Of a stretch of DNA of 42,636 nt, positions 26,270 through 34,788 are shown piece after piece. The notes beneath the pieces were generated by a model. The model was not told the DNA's origin, searched no databases, and saw only the letters and a program-made list of their open reading frames with translations. The translations under genes and the position numbers were made by a program. Position 1 is the first letter of the stretch, and every line of letters begins with the position of its first letter. Location: NCBI GenBank assembly GCA_030696545.1, contig JAUYSA010000157.1, positions 1-42,636 of the forward strand, given 5' to 3'. The DNA comes from Hyphomonadaceae bacterium. GTDB lineage: Bacteria > Pseudomonadota > Alphaproteobacteria > Caulobacterales > Hyphomonadaceae.

Positions 26270-27120
26270 CGGTGGCGCTTGCCATCGTGAAGCGACCCTT
26301 TGATGCGGTTCATGGCCTTCGAAAGGGGGACGGTGTTGGAGTAGTGGAATGCCGCTTGCTGTCCCTTGTCCGAGGAGAGGTCATGCGCTGCGATAGGCAC
26401 GATGTGGTCGATCTCCCACATCTCACCCCAATTTTCCCACGTCATGTTCGGATCGAATAGGCTCTCAAGATAGGTGCGGTACTGCTCGGCAGAGCAGCCG
26501 AGAAGTTCGATTGTTGTTCTCGATTTGCCGGGCGAGCCGACAGCGCACTTGAGGGCCTGTTTGATACGCCCGGACACGACCTTTCGAACCTTGAAAATCG
26601 GATCGTTGGCATATCGATTGTTCTGGTAGGTGTTCGCTTTTCTCTTCGCTCCTTCGGGATCAGCCGCGCGCCAACGCTGCATTCGTTCGCGGCCCCGCTC
26701 CGGATGGTCAAGTTGATATTGGCGGGCCGCTTCGAGTACACGGCAGCGGTTCGCCTCATACCAGCGTCTATCCTTCTCGAAAATTCTCTCTGCGTTTGCT
26801 TCAGCCCAGCGACGGTTGATCTTGCTGACTTGCTCTGCGTTCGCCCGCTTCCAGCGACGGCCTGCTTCTTGACTCTTAGTTTGCCAGTCTTCTGTGTGGA
26901 GCGCCGGGGCAAGCCAGTTATAGACATGCTTGTCGCTCCACTCGAAGCCGAGATGATCCCGAGCTGCTTTTGCAAGTTGCTGCCTTAAGCCGAAGTGGGG
27001 CGAACGTCGCGATTGCGATGTCGGAACGAACGCGATCACGCGAGCGCCCAGCTCGCGCGCTGTCTTCACTCCCTCCAAATGCGGTAGCAGCGCTTCAATG
27101 GTCGTCACGGTCTGGCCCAT
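26251..27120 (-). CDS. HNH endonuclease-domain protein with repeated RRW-x-AN helical motifs
   Basis: The C-terminal WEIDHIVPIAAHDLSSDKGQQAAFHYSNTVPLSKAMNRIKG fits the HNH pattern (DH...N...N). The central part has repeats RRWKRANAEQV / RRWAEANAERI / RRWYEANRCRV. It converges on int with a 19-nt overlap. Confidence 0.75.
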   Translation of the reverse strand: MGQTVTTIEALLPHLEGVKTARELGARVIAFVPTSQSRRSPHFGLRQQLAKAARDHLGFEWSDKHVYNWLAPALHTEDWQTKSQEAGRRWKRANAEQVSKINRRWAEANAERIFEKDRRWYEANRCRVLEAARQYQLDHPERGRERMQRWRAADPEGAKRKANTYQNNRYANDPIFKVRKVVSGRIKQALKCAVGSPGKSRTTIELLGCSAEQYRTYLESLFDPNMTWENWGEMWEIDHIVPIAAHDLSSDKGQQAAFHYSNTVPLSKAMNRIKGSLHDGKRHRHADRR

Positions 27121-27248
27121 GTCCTTTCATGCCGTGCGACCAGCTGACGAGACGCCATCGTTTGCCCCGTGCGGTCCCTCCGGGTCCAAATGCTGGTTTG
27201 CGCGATCCTCGCCAGCACGCATCCTGATGCCTGCAATCGCATCAGGAG

Positions 27249-27500
27249 TTGGACGTGCAGGAAGTTCTGGATCGGCTCGATCGCATCGAGCAAATGCTGG
27301 AGTCGCAGTCGCGACCAGTGGAGTACCTCGACACCGATGGCGCCTCGCGCTTCACCGGCATCTCGGCAAAGCAGCTGGAGAACTGGCGCAGCGACCGCAC
27401 CGGCGGCCCGGCCTATACGAAGCGGGGTCGCTCGGTGTTCTACGCGATCTCGGACCTCAGAAGCTTCATGCAGGCCAAGCGTGTGGAGCCCCTGCAATGA
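27249..27500 (+). CDS. AlpA/excisionase-like HTH protein
   Basis: 83 aa. EYLDTDGASRFTGISAKQLENWRSDRTGGPAYTKRGRSVFYAISDLRSFMQ fits the MerR-type HTH_17 / excisionase pattern. The start (TTG 27249 or a downstream ATG) is uncertain. Confidence 0.7.
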   Translation: MDVQEVLDRLDRIEQMLESQSRPVEYLDTDGASRFTGISAKQLENWRSDRTGGPAYTKRGRSVFYAISDLRSFMQAKRVEPLQ

Positions 27501-27850
27501 AAACGTCAGCGACAAGGCCTCCCAATCATCCCAACGACTGGAGCCTTCCCGATAAAAATGCCTTCGTGGCGCTGGTCACCCAGACCTACGCCCGAATGGC
27601 CCGTGGCGAGAACAATGTGGTCGCAGCGCACGAGGCCGCGAGGGAGATCGGGCTGGAAAGCGGCGAGCGGCACTGGCTCACGGACGAGGTGCTGGGCGGC
27701 TGCTTCGGTGTCTTCTACGCGCCGTCATCGGACCTCTACGCCAACGCCCGGGACTTCGTGAAATGGGCGGACGCGCGCGACCTGGCCCACATCGGCCCGG
27801 ATGGCGTGGAGTGGGCCCGCGTGTTGGCGGACGCCGAGACGGATCACTGA
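27497..27850 (+). CDS. hypothetical protein
   Basis: ATG 27497 overlaps the previous stop (ATGA). It covers 117 aa of track ORF 27098..27850 (MKTSATRPPNHPNDWSLPDKNAFVALVTQTYARM...). No recognisable family. Confidence 0.5.
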   Translation: MKTSATRPPNHPNDWSLPDKNAFVALVTQTYARMARGENNVVAAHEAAREIGLESGERHWLTDEVLGGCFGVFYAPSSDLYANARDFVKWADARDLAHIGPDGVEWARVLADAETDH

Positions 27851-28060
27851 GCCATCGTTTCCCGGCCCGCGAGCATTGCTGGCATCCCGGGGCGAAACAC
27901 CTTGGCATGCTGTGAGAGTCGGCCGCCCGACCTCAACGGGCGGGCGACCTAATCTCAGGTTGGCACATGGTTTGCTGGCGTTCGCAGCGTCAGCGTGTGG
28001 TTCACAGACAGGAGATTAGGAAGAGCATCATCCCATCACCGCCTATGGAGGGCGGGAACC

Positions 28061-28291
28061 ATGACCGAACATAACGAGACGGGCGTCGCAGGTACGCCCT
28101 CGAACGAAGCCGACATCATCCTCGCGCCGACCGTGGCCGCGCTGATGGGCATCACTTACAACACCTTCCGGTCCTACAGGGCCAACGCTCGCGGCCAGAC
28201 GCCGCCTCCCCTCGGCAAGAGGGCGAGCAACTACCTCTGGTCAATGAAACAGGTCGAGGCATGGCTCGCCGCACGCAGCGAGCGCGGCTGA
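28061..28291 (+). CDS. second excisionase/AlpA-like HTH protein
   Basis: ATG 28061 behind GGAGGG. ILAPTVAALMGITYNTFRSYRANARGQTPPPLGKRASNYLWSMKQVEAWL fits an HTH_17-like pattern. It lies immediately upstream of the primase gene. Confidence 0.6.
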   Translation: MTEHNETGVAGTPSNEADIILAPTVAALMGITYNTFRSYRANARGQTPPPLGKRASNYLWSMKQVEAWLAARSERG

Positions 28292-28294
28292 GCC

Positions 28295-30673
28295 ATGGAC
28301 ATCGACACCAAGCAACTGCGCCGCCTGGCGGACGCGGGCCTGCAGCTCATCCCTCTTCACAGCTGGGACGCGAAGAGCACCGACGCCAAGGGTCGCAAGC
28401 GCGATGACGGCAAACGGCCGCTCGACGCCAGCTGGACCACCCGGCCCTACGACACCCTGAAGGTCGTCGAGCGTGCGGAGCACACCAACTCAAACGTCGG
28501 CGTCCGGCTAACCGCCGAGCAAGTCGTCCTCGACTGGGACCCGCGCGCCGACACCGGCGAATACTCCGACCCCGCGATAAATGCTTTCGTTGAGTTCGTG
28601 CTGTGGCATGGCCTCAACCCCGACGACTTCCCGCAAGTCGAGACGGGCGGCGGCGGGCTGCACATCTACATGGCGAAGCCAGCCGACGTGGCAGTACTCG
28701 GCAGCCTGGAGAACTACCCTGGCGTGGAGTTCAAGACGAAAGGCCAACAGGTCGTGGCGCCGGGCTCGGTCCATCCTAATGGCAAAATCTACGTACTGGT
28801 CGAGGACTTCAACGACATTGGATCGCCCGATCAGGCGCCGAAACATCTGCTCGACGCCATCGTCCGGACGACCACGAGCGCAGCTGTCACCGAAGGCGGC
28901 CAGTACGACCAAGAGCTCATCGCGGCCATGCTCGAAGGCCTCGACCCGGGCGACTTCGGCGAGCACGACAAGTGGCTCAAGCTGATGATGGCGTGCCACC
29001 ATGCATCCGCCGGCGCCGCACGCGAGGAGTTCATCGAATGGTCTACCAAGGACCCGGTGTATCAGGACGACGCCTGGATCATCGGTCGGCGCTGGGACTC
29101 GCTGCACGCGAAGCGGGACGGTGCCACCGTCACCTATAAGTCACTCAACAAGTTCCTGTGCGACGTGGGAAGGGGCGATCTGATCCCCTCTACCGCCGCA
29201 GAGGACTTCGGGGACGACGATCCGGCCATGGCCGATGAGCCGTCGGGCGGAGAGCTGCCTCAGGGACCGCTCACCGGCATGAACGAGAAGTTCTGGGCCG
29301 TGCTCAACGCTGGTCGCTTCCGGATCATGTGGCTGGCGGATGACCCCGAGGAGCCGGGACGCCGCTTCTGGAAGTCGCTGGCGAAGCCGGACTTCGAGGC
29401 GTACCTGTCCAACCGCAAGATCGAGAAGCCTGCGAAGAACAAGAAGGGCGAGACGGTCACCGAGACCACGCCCCTCGCAAAGGCGTGGCTCGACTGGGGC
29501 CATCGGCGCCAGGCGGAGGACGTGGTGTTCGTCCCCGACCGCGAGGTGCCGGGCAGCCTCAACCTCTGGACCGGATGGGGCGTGGATCGCGGTGAGAGCG
29601 GCGAGTGCCGGCTCATGCTGGAGATGATCCGCGACGTGCTCTGCTCGGGCGTGCAGGAGCACTACGACTACCTGATGCGGTGGATGGCCTGGAAGGTACA
29701 GAACCCCGGCGAGCCGAACGAGGTCGCGGTGGTCTTCAAGGGCGCGAAGGGCGTGGGCAAGACGACGCTCGGCGAGTCGCTGGCGAAGATCTTCGGATCG
29801 CACGGCCTGGTGCTGAGCTCGGTGGAACAGATCGCGGGTCGGTTCTCGGGCCATCTCGCGACCGTCTGCTTCCTCTTCGGCGACGAGATATTCTGGGGCG
29901 GCAACAAGACCCACGAGGGCACGCTCAAGAAGATCATCACCGACAGGGAGGTCATGCGCGAGGCCAAGGGTGTGGACATGGTGAGGGCGCGCAACCGCAT
30001 CAGCCTCATGATGGCGACGAACGAGAAGTGGGCCGTCCCGGCATCGCTGGAGGGCGAGCGCCGCTTCTTCGTGCTCAATGTCTCCAGTGAAAGGAAGGTA
30101 CCCGACAGCGCCCCGGCGGACCATCCGAACCGGCTCTACTGGAACGCCGTGCACGACGAGATCAGAGACGGCGGCAGGGCGGCCTTCCTCCGCCACCTGA
30201 TGGCGATGGACCTCGGTCGCTTCCATCCGCGCTCTGCCGTACCGGAGACGGAGGGCATGTCGGAGCAGAAGGTGCACAGCCTCGATCCGCTCCAACGCTG
30301 GCTGCTGTCTGCCACCGAGCTGGGCGTCCTTCCCGGATACCCGAGCACGAAGGACCAGAAGCAGCTTCGCCGTACCGACTGGGAGCTGAAGCAGGACTGG
30401 TCGCAGGTGGAAGCACACGACCCGCCTCGGCTCGACCCCACCTCCGTCATGGAGAACGTCGAGGCCCACTGGTCGAAGCTCCGCTCGCCGGTCCCAGGTG
30501 TGCTGACCGTCAAGAACATGCTGGAGGAGTTCGGCTGGCAGAGCAGGAAGTCGAACGGGGTGGTGACGTGGCGACCGCCGACCCTGGAGCAGGCACGACA
30601 GGAGTGGCGGCGGCGGCTGCCCGGCCTCACGGTCTTCGAGGCGCCGCCCGAGGACGATGAGTGGGACAGCTGA
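28295..30673 (+). CDS. bifunctional primase-polymerase (PrimPol) fused to a D5/P4-type SF3 helicase
   Basis: 792 aa. N-terminal PrimPol motifs LIPLHSWD, VGVRLTAEQVVLDWD, GGGGLHIYMAKP, GVEFKTKGQQVVAPGSVHPNG. Central PriCT-like helical region. C-terminal Walker A VVFKGAKGVGKTTLGESL and Walker B-like CFLFGDE. Confidence 0.88.
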   Translation: MDIDTKQLRRLADAGLQLIPLHSWDAKSTDAKGRKRDDGKRPLDASWTTRPYDTLKVVERAEHTNSNVGVRLTAEQVVLDWDPRADTGEYSDPAINAFVEFVLWHGLNPDDFPQVETGGGGLHIYMAKPADVAVLGSLENYPGVEFKTKGQQVVAPGSVHPNGKIYVLVEDFNDIGSPDQAPKHLLDAIVRTTTSAAVTEGGQYDQELIAAMLEGLDPGDFGEHDKWLKLMMACHHASAGAAREEFIEWSTKDPVYQDDAWIIGRRWDSLHAKRDGATVTYKSLNKFLCDVGRGDLIPSTAAEDFGDDDPAMADEPSGGELPQGPLTGMNEKFWAVLNAGRFRIMWLADDPEEPGRRFWKSLAKPDFEAYLSNRKIEKPAKNKKGETVTETTPLAKAWLDWGHRRQAEDVVFVPDREVPGSLNLWTGWGVDRGESGECRLMLEMIRDVLCSGVQEHYDYLMRWMAWKVQNPGEPNEVAVVFKGAKGVGKTTLGESLAKIFGSHGLVLSSVEQIAGRFSGHLATVCFLFGDEIFWGGNKTHEGTLKKIITDREVMREAKGVDMVRARNRISLMMATNEKWAVPASLEGERRFFVLNVSSERKVPDSAPADHPNRLYWNAVHDEIRDGGRAAFLRHLMAMDLGRFHPRSAVPETEGMSEQKVHSLDPLQRWLLSATELGVLPGYPSTKDQKQLRRTDWELKQDWSQVEAHDPPRLDPTSVMENVEAHWSKLRSPVPGVLTVKNMLEEFGWQSRKSNGVVTWRPPTLEQARQEWRRRLPGLTVFEAPPEDDEWDS

Positions 30674-30677
30674 TCGG

Positions 30678-30965
30678 CTCACAGTGCTCGGTGGCGGACC
30701 GTTCCGGATTGAGCACTGTGCCCAGTCACTGAAAAAGCTCAGCGTTTCCTAGGCAAAGTTCTCACAGTGCTCATAGTGCTCAATAGTATTTGTTTTTATG
30801 CATGAAGAAGAGACTGCAGCAGCTGGTACGACTGGGTAGGCGCTGTGTTGTTCGTCCGTATACGGAACTCGAAACCGGCGAGCCCTGGAGCCCTGGAGCA
30901 CTTTCGCTTCAGAACCAAGGCGTTGCGCAGTGCTAGCTGGAACCCAGTCCGATCACTGAAGCACT
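30678..30965. repeat. candidate replication origin: iterons plus AT-rich tract
   Basis: CACAGTGCTC at 30680-30689 and 30763-30772, variant CATAGTGCTC at 30772-30781, and an inverted copy GAGCACTGTG at 30711-30720. Half-sites GAGCACT at 30896-30902, CAGTGCT at 30928-30934 and AGCACT at 30960-30965. The lowest-GC stretch I noticed by eye is AATAGTATTTGTTTTTATGCATGAAGAAGAG (30782-30812). Tandem CCCTGGAG x2 at 30883-30898. Confidence 0.55.
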
Positions 30966-31197
30966 TTCCCGCCGAGGGGACGCAGCCTGGCGAACCTTGC
31001 AGGGAGCCTTGCAACGCTGGGTTACGGCGCCGAGAACACGCGCCAATCTGAGTCGAGAGTGTGAGACGGCCTCGCGCATATGCGCGCGTAGATCGCCCCT
31101 CATGACGTCTGATCATATGTCCCTCCTACCGGCCCGAAATGCCCTTCCGATCCAAGGCGATGGAGGGGGCTAGTCTCGGAGCCCGACGAGGGGCCCG

Positions 31198-31770
31198 ATG
31201 GAGATCAATGCCGTGACGACTGGAAGACTGCCCGCGGTGATCGAGCGGGAGCGCGACGACGTAGTGGACCGCTTCCTGGAGATCGTCCGCTCGACTGGCA
31301 ATTCCAGCGGCGCCGCCAGAGCCGTGGGGCTGAGCCGCCAGGCGTTCTACGAGCGCGCCGTTCGTGATCCCGACTTTCGGCAAGAATGGGAGCACGCCCA
31401 GCGCCAGTCTCGCAGCCACATCGCCCAGGAGATCATGGATAAGGCGGTGGTGCTCACCGGCCGCGTGATCGAGGAACCGCTCCTGGACCTCCAGGGCAAC
31501 CAGGTCCTGGATGAGAACCTGGAGGCCGTAACGATCCGCCGAGTCGTGGATTACGACGCGCGCATCCTGTCGAAGCTTCTCGATAAGCTGCTCGCATCCG
31601 AGGACGGCGCACCGATCACTGCTGTTCAGGTCAACCTGCCGCCTCCTCCCCCGCCACCTCCGGCCCCTCCGCGTGTCGCGCGCCTGGTCTTCGCGGATGC
31701 TCGGCCTGACGACTCGGCGCCGAGAGTCACCGAAGCGATCCAGGATGCGACCTGGGAGCCTGTGGGATGA
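31198..31770 (+). CDS. terminase-small-subunit-like HTH protein
   Basis: 190 aa. STGNSSGAARAVGLSRQAFYERAVRDPDFRQEWEHAQRQSRSHIAQEIMD...DYDARILSKLLDKLL matches the HTH + helical pattern of proteobacterial prophage TerS proteins. It has a poly-Pro run (PPPPPPPPAPP) near the C-terminus. Confidence 0.55.
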   Translation: MEINAVTTGRLPAVIERERDDVVDRFLEIVRSTGNSSGAARAVGLSRQAFYERAVRDPDFRQEWEHAQRQSRSHIAQEIMDKAVVLTGRVIEEPLLDLQGNQVLDENLEAVTIRRVVDYDARILSKLLDKLLASEDGAPITAVQVNLPPPPPPPPAPPRVARLVFADARPDDSAPRVTEAIQDATWEPVG

Positions 31771-32090
31771 GCGGTATCGTCTTTAAGTTCTTCAGCCTGG
31801 GCGGCGTGATCCTGGAACAGTTCTGCGACCCGGACGCACCAGGCGGCGTTGCGCTTCTGCCAGCCAGGGTCTTCCTGGCGGACCCCAGGGAGTCACGCGA
31901 TGGTTTGGTGGCCGAAATGGCCCGGCGCCTGCCAGCCGAAAGGCGCATCCCCTGGATCGACCACGAGGCGAGAGACCTGGCGGCCCGCACGCTGGGCGCC
32001 GACAACCTGGTCGCCGACGCGGACGCGTACATCCGATCCACGCCCGCATACGAGGGCAGCTCGGACCTCTACCGCGGAGACGACTCGTGA
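31767..32090 (+). CDS. hypothetical protein (paralog pair member 1)
   Basis: ATGA overlap with the TerS-like stop. 107 aa. Shares GLVAEMARRLPAERRIPWIDHE with the next gene. Confidence 0.5.
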   Translation: MSGIVFKFFSLGGVILEQFCDPDAPGGVALLPARVFLADPRESRDGLVAEMARRLPAERRIPWIDHEARDLAARTLGADNLVADADAYIRSTPAYEGSSDLYRGDDS

Positions 32091-32380
32091 GGGTCGAGTT
32101 TCCCAGTGGCGTTGGTGCGTGCGCGATCGCCGACCCAGGTGCGCCAGGGCGCTCGACGACGCTGAGCTTCAGGGTGCTGCTCGGCAACGCGTGCGACGAC
32201 GAGGGGATACTGGCGGAGATGGAGCGGAAACTTCCCGCGGAGAAGCGACTGCCCTGGCGGGACCGAGAGAGCCACGCCTGGGCCATCACGCAGCTGGAGC
32301 GCGGTCCCTATCCAGGCATGTCGGAGGAAGAACAGCGCGCCGCCGTCCAGTATGTCAGGGAGACAGCCTACTATGAGTGA
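32087..32380 (+). CDS. hypothetical protein (paralog pair member 2)
   Basis: GTGA overlap with the previous stop. 97 aa. Motif GILAEMERKLPAEKRLPWRDRE. Confidence 0.5.
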   Translation: MRVEFPSGVGACAIADPGAPGRSTTLSFRVLLGNACDDEGILAEMERKLPAEKRLPWRDRESHAWAITQLERGPYPGMSEEEQRAAVQYVRETAYYE

Positions 32381-32675
32381 CATGGATGCCTTGGTGGCTG
32401 AGGCCGTGAAGGACGCGCCGCCTCTTCCCCACCTCACCCAGGGCGAGAACATCGCCAGGGTCGTATGGGCCATGCTCCACATCACCGGAACGCTGGAGTT
32501 CGGCCGGGGATGGGCTGCTCCTGTCGCAAGGGCGTTCGAGCGAGCTGGCCTCCGTGCTCCTTCCGCAGACGTTCTGTACGCTGAAAAATCCTCCCTGCGC
32601 CGCGACCCACGTCACCGTTCCGCGCACTGTCCTGACCCGGCGCTCATCGAGGACGTGCTCTCCGGTAGGGCCTGA
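32373..32675 (+). CDS. hypothetical protein
   Basis: ATG 32373 overlaps the previous gene by 8 nt. Product MSDMDALVAEAVKDAPPLPHLTQGENIARVVWAMLHITG... No recognisable family. Confidence 0.45.
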   Translation: MSDMDALVAEAVKDAPPLPHLTQGENIARVVWAMLHITGTLEFGRGWAAPVARAFERAGLRAPSADVLYAEKSSLRRDPRHRSAHCPDPALIEDVLSGRA

Positions 32676-32921
32676 CGCCTGGCCTTGGCCGAGTAGCTTC
32701 CTAACGCCTTGGTACGACTCGCCTTCCCGAGCCTTTCGGGGCGCATGTGATCCGCAGTCTGTCGCGCCCGAGGACGCCCGCGTCCTCGAAGGACTCCCAG
32801 GGGAGGCCTGCCATCGTTTCTCGACCGAGGGTTTCCGACGCTGATCGATCGCCACAAGCTGCTCCTCGAACGCACCCATGCCCGCCCGCCCACGAGCGGA
32901 CGCGCGATAGAGGAAAAAGCG

Positions 32922-33482
32922 ATGAAGGCCGACAGGATCAAAGAGCTGACTGCCAGGGGCAACGCCGCTGAGACAGGCGTCGAAAATCTAGATCAAGAAA
33001 TCGCCATCGCGATCGCCGACGGCGTGGACGACGAGATCATCGACGACATGCGCCGCCGCCGCCGGGAACTGATCGAGCAGGCCAGCGACCTCGGAGACGC
33101 CCTCCTCGTCCTTGAGAAGAGAGCCGCTGATCCCCGCGAGAAGCTCCAGGCGTCGATCATCGCTGGCGGTCTTCGCGACGCCAGGCGAGAAGCCGACACC
33201 TACATTCAGTCCGCCGCGGCCGTGGACGCCGCATTGGTTGCGGTCGAGAAGGCGCTGACCGACCTTCGCAAGCATGGCTCGGACCTTAGCCGCGCTCTCC
33301 GCATCGCCGGCGTCGATGACAAGGCCCGTCTCAGCAACACACTGCATTCAGCCACGCGCTGGGCAATATGGAAGAGCTCGCCATCGCTCGCGGAACTGGC
33401 TCAGGTGCCCCATACGCCAGCCAACAAGCGGTTCGCGCTCGCCCACAGCATGCGGCGCGTGATGCCCGCGATCCCGGAGTAG
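32922..33482 (+). CDS. hypothetical coiled-coil protein
   Basis: 186 aa, with RBS GAGGAAAAAG upstream. Charged heptad-like sequence (DDMRRRRRELIEQASDLGDALLVLEKRAADPREKLQ). Confidence 0.5.
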   Translation: MKADRIKELTARGNAAETGVENLDQEIAIAIADGVDDEIIDDMRRRRRELIEQASDLGDALLVLEKRAADPREKLQASIIAGGLRDARREADTYIQSAAAVDAALVAVEKALTDLRKHGSDLSRALRIAGVDDKARLSNTLHSATRWAIWKSSPSLAELAQVPHTPANKRFALAHSMRRVMPAIPE

Positions 33483-33486
33483 AGCC

Positions 33487-33744
33487 ATGACGGGAAAACT
33501 CCCACCGCGCGTCACCGGCGGCACGCTGGCCGCAGACCACCACGACTTCATCGACGCCGCATCGAAGACCGACGTCGATCTTGAGGCAGAGGTGAAGGCC
33601 TTGGAGCAAAGGCGCGACGAACTGGAAGCCGAACTTGCGGCGATCATCATCAACGAGGCCAACCAAAAGCTGGCCGACGAACTCAGACAGCAGGTCGAGA
33701 ACCTGGAAAACGAACTGGCCCAGAGCCAGTCAAGCAAGGAATAG
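33487..33744 (+). CDS. hypothetical coiled-coil protein
   Basis: 85 aa, 4 nt after the previous stop. DLEAEVKALEQRRDELEAELAAIIINEANQKLADELRQQVENLENELAQ. Confidence 0.5.
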   Translation: MTGKLPPRVTGGTLAADHHDFIDAASKTDVDLEAEVKALEQRRDELEAELAAIIINEANQKLADELRQQVENLENELAQSQSSKE

Positions 33745-33748
33745 CCCC

Positions 33749-34042
33749 ATGAGTGACTACCAGAAAGCCACCGACGCAGCGATGCACACGCTGGAGCAGC
33801 TGGAGGAGGGCGTGAACAAACACGCCGAGAGCTTCGGCGTAATCAGAAAGCGAGCGGATGACCTCTACCAGAGCAGGGTCGCCCAGATCGCGAAGGCCAA
33901 CAACGTCGACGTCAACAAGGCGCACGCCCTGGCGGTCGATGATCCCGTCGCCAGCCGAGCCTACGCGCTCTCCGAGGAACTGGCCGAGCGACAGAATGGT
34001 GCGCATGACGCTGGCGAGCAGATCGCAGCGTACCTCGACTAG
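33749..34042 (+). CDS. hypothetical helical protein
   Basis: ATG 33749 behind AAGGAA. 97 aa, MSDYQKATDAAMHTLEQLEEGVNKHAESFGVIRKRADDLYQSRVAQIAK... The N-terminal part of track ORF 33635..34042 is discarded. Confidence 0.5.
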   Translation: MSDYQKATDAAMHTLEQLEEGVNKHAESFGVIRKRADDLYQSRVAQIAKANNVDVNKAHALAVDDPVASRAYALSEELAERQNGAHDAGEQIAAYLD

Positions 34043-34284
34043 ATCAGAAAGGCGTGGAGTAGCCTCGCCCTCGGGTCCTTGCGTTCGGATGCGCGCCGGG
34101 ACCCGCCCAATCCAGGGACACTCGTCTCCCTACGGCGGAGCAGGTTCCACCGAACACCCGCAGGCTGACCGTCATCCGGTCCGCGGCGTGCGGCCCCGGC
34201 GAGTGGTTGCGTCGGGGCCGACCATTTCAAGCTAGACCGCGCAAACGGCCCCTCCTTGGGCACGCCACGTCGGCGCGGAACCTG

Positions 34285-34327
34285 GCCCCCGCTGCGGTCC
34301 TCATGGCCCCGCGGCGGGGGCATTTTT
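34285..34327 (+). terminator. Rho-independent terminator closing the plus-strand small-gene operon
   Basis: GCCCCCGCTGCGG (34285-34297) pairs with CCGCGGCGGGGGC (34309-34321) with one mismatch, followed by ATTTTT. Confidence 0.65.
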
Positions 34328-34681
34328 CTATCTGCGCTTCGCAGGCTTCGCTGAGCCACGCTCGCGCGCCCGCCTGACTTCGGCGTCCGTCAGCACGCCT
34401 GGCTTGTCCTTGCGCAGCCTTGACCTGTACCAGCTGATTGACCGCAGGGTCGTCGCGGCGCCCGGGTGAGTGCGGAAAACCGCCTCCAGCGCCTCATCGT
34501 TCGTGCCGCCACTCAGGATCACGCGCTGCGCGACCTCCGCTACGCCCAGCCAGTGGCCCTCGAACAGGAACCGGCTCACGGCCTCGCGCACCACGTCGCT
34601 GACCGAGCTGCCAGCCACCGAGGCGGCGTCCTCCAGCCCTTCTACCAACTCCTCCGGGATCGTCACATTCATCCGCCGCAT
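34328..34681 (-). CDS. ribbon-helix-helix (CopG-like) regulator with C-terminal extension
   Basis: ORF 34328..34798. Start placed at ATG 34681 (or 34672). The start MRRMNVTIPEELVEGLEDAASVAGSSVSDVVREAVSRFL is a typical RHH N-terminus. It is divergent from the 34789 gene. Confidence 0.7.
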   Translation of the reverse strand: MRRMNVTIPEELVEGLEDAASVAGSSVSDVVREAVSRFLFEGHWLGVAEVAQRVILSGGTNDEALEAVFRTHPGAATTLRSISWYRSRLRKDKPGVLTDAEVRRARERGSAKPAKRR

Positions 34682-34788
34682 CGGGCGGTCCGGCCCCTGC
34701 ATTGCACACCTCATGGCATGGCTGGTGTCTACCGGCCCATCTTTGGACACTTCCGTCCACGGTGGTCGCACATAGGAGTAAATGTGCC
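34682..34788. promoter_or_regulatory. divergent promoter/operator region
   Basis: 107-bp gap between the RHH gene and the plus-strand module. The inverted repeat GCACAT-N8-ATGTGC (34768-34787) spans the AGGAG RBS of the 34789 gene. Confidence 0.35.

Noticed and set aside
29141-30682. 513-aa minus-strand ORF antisense to the PrimPol-helicase gene
   Set aside because: The sense strand carries unambiguous primase and Walker motifs. The antisense product is Arg/Leu/His-rich and motif-free.
30680-30781. Repeated 10-mers, considered as a possible mini CRISPR array
   Set aside because: The repeats are only 10 nt, appear in both orientations, have irregular and partly overlapping spacing, and there are no cas genes. 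They fit iterons better.
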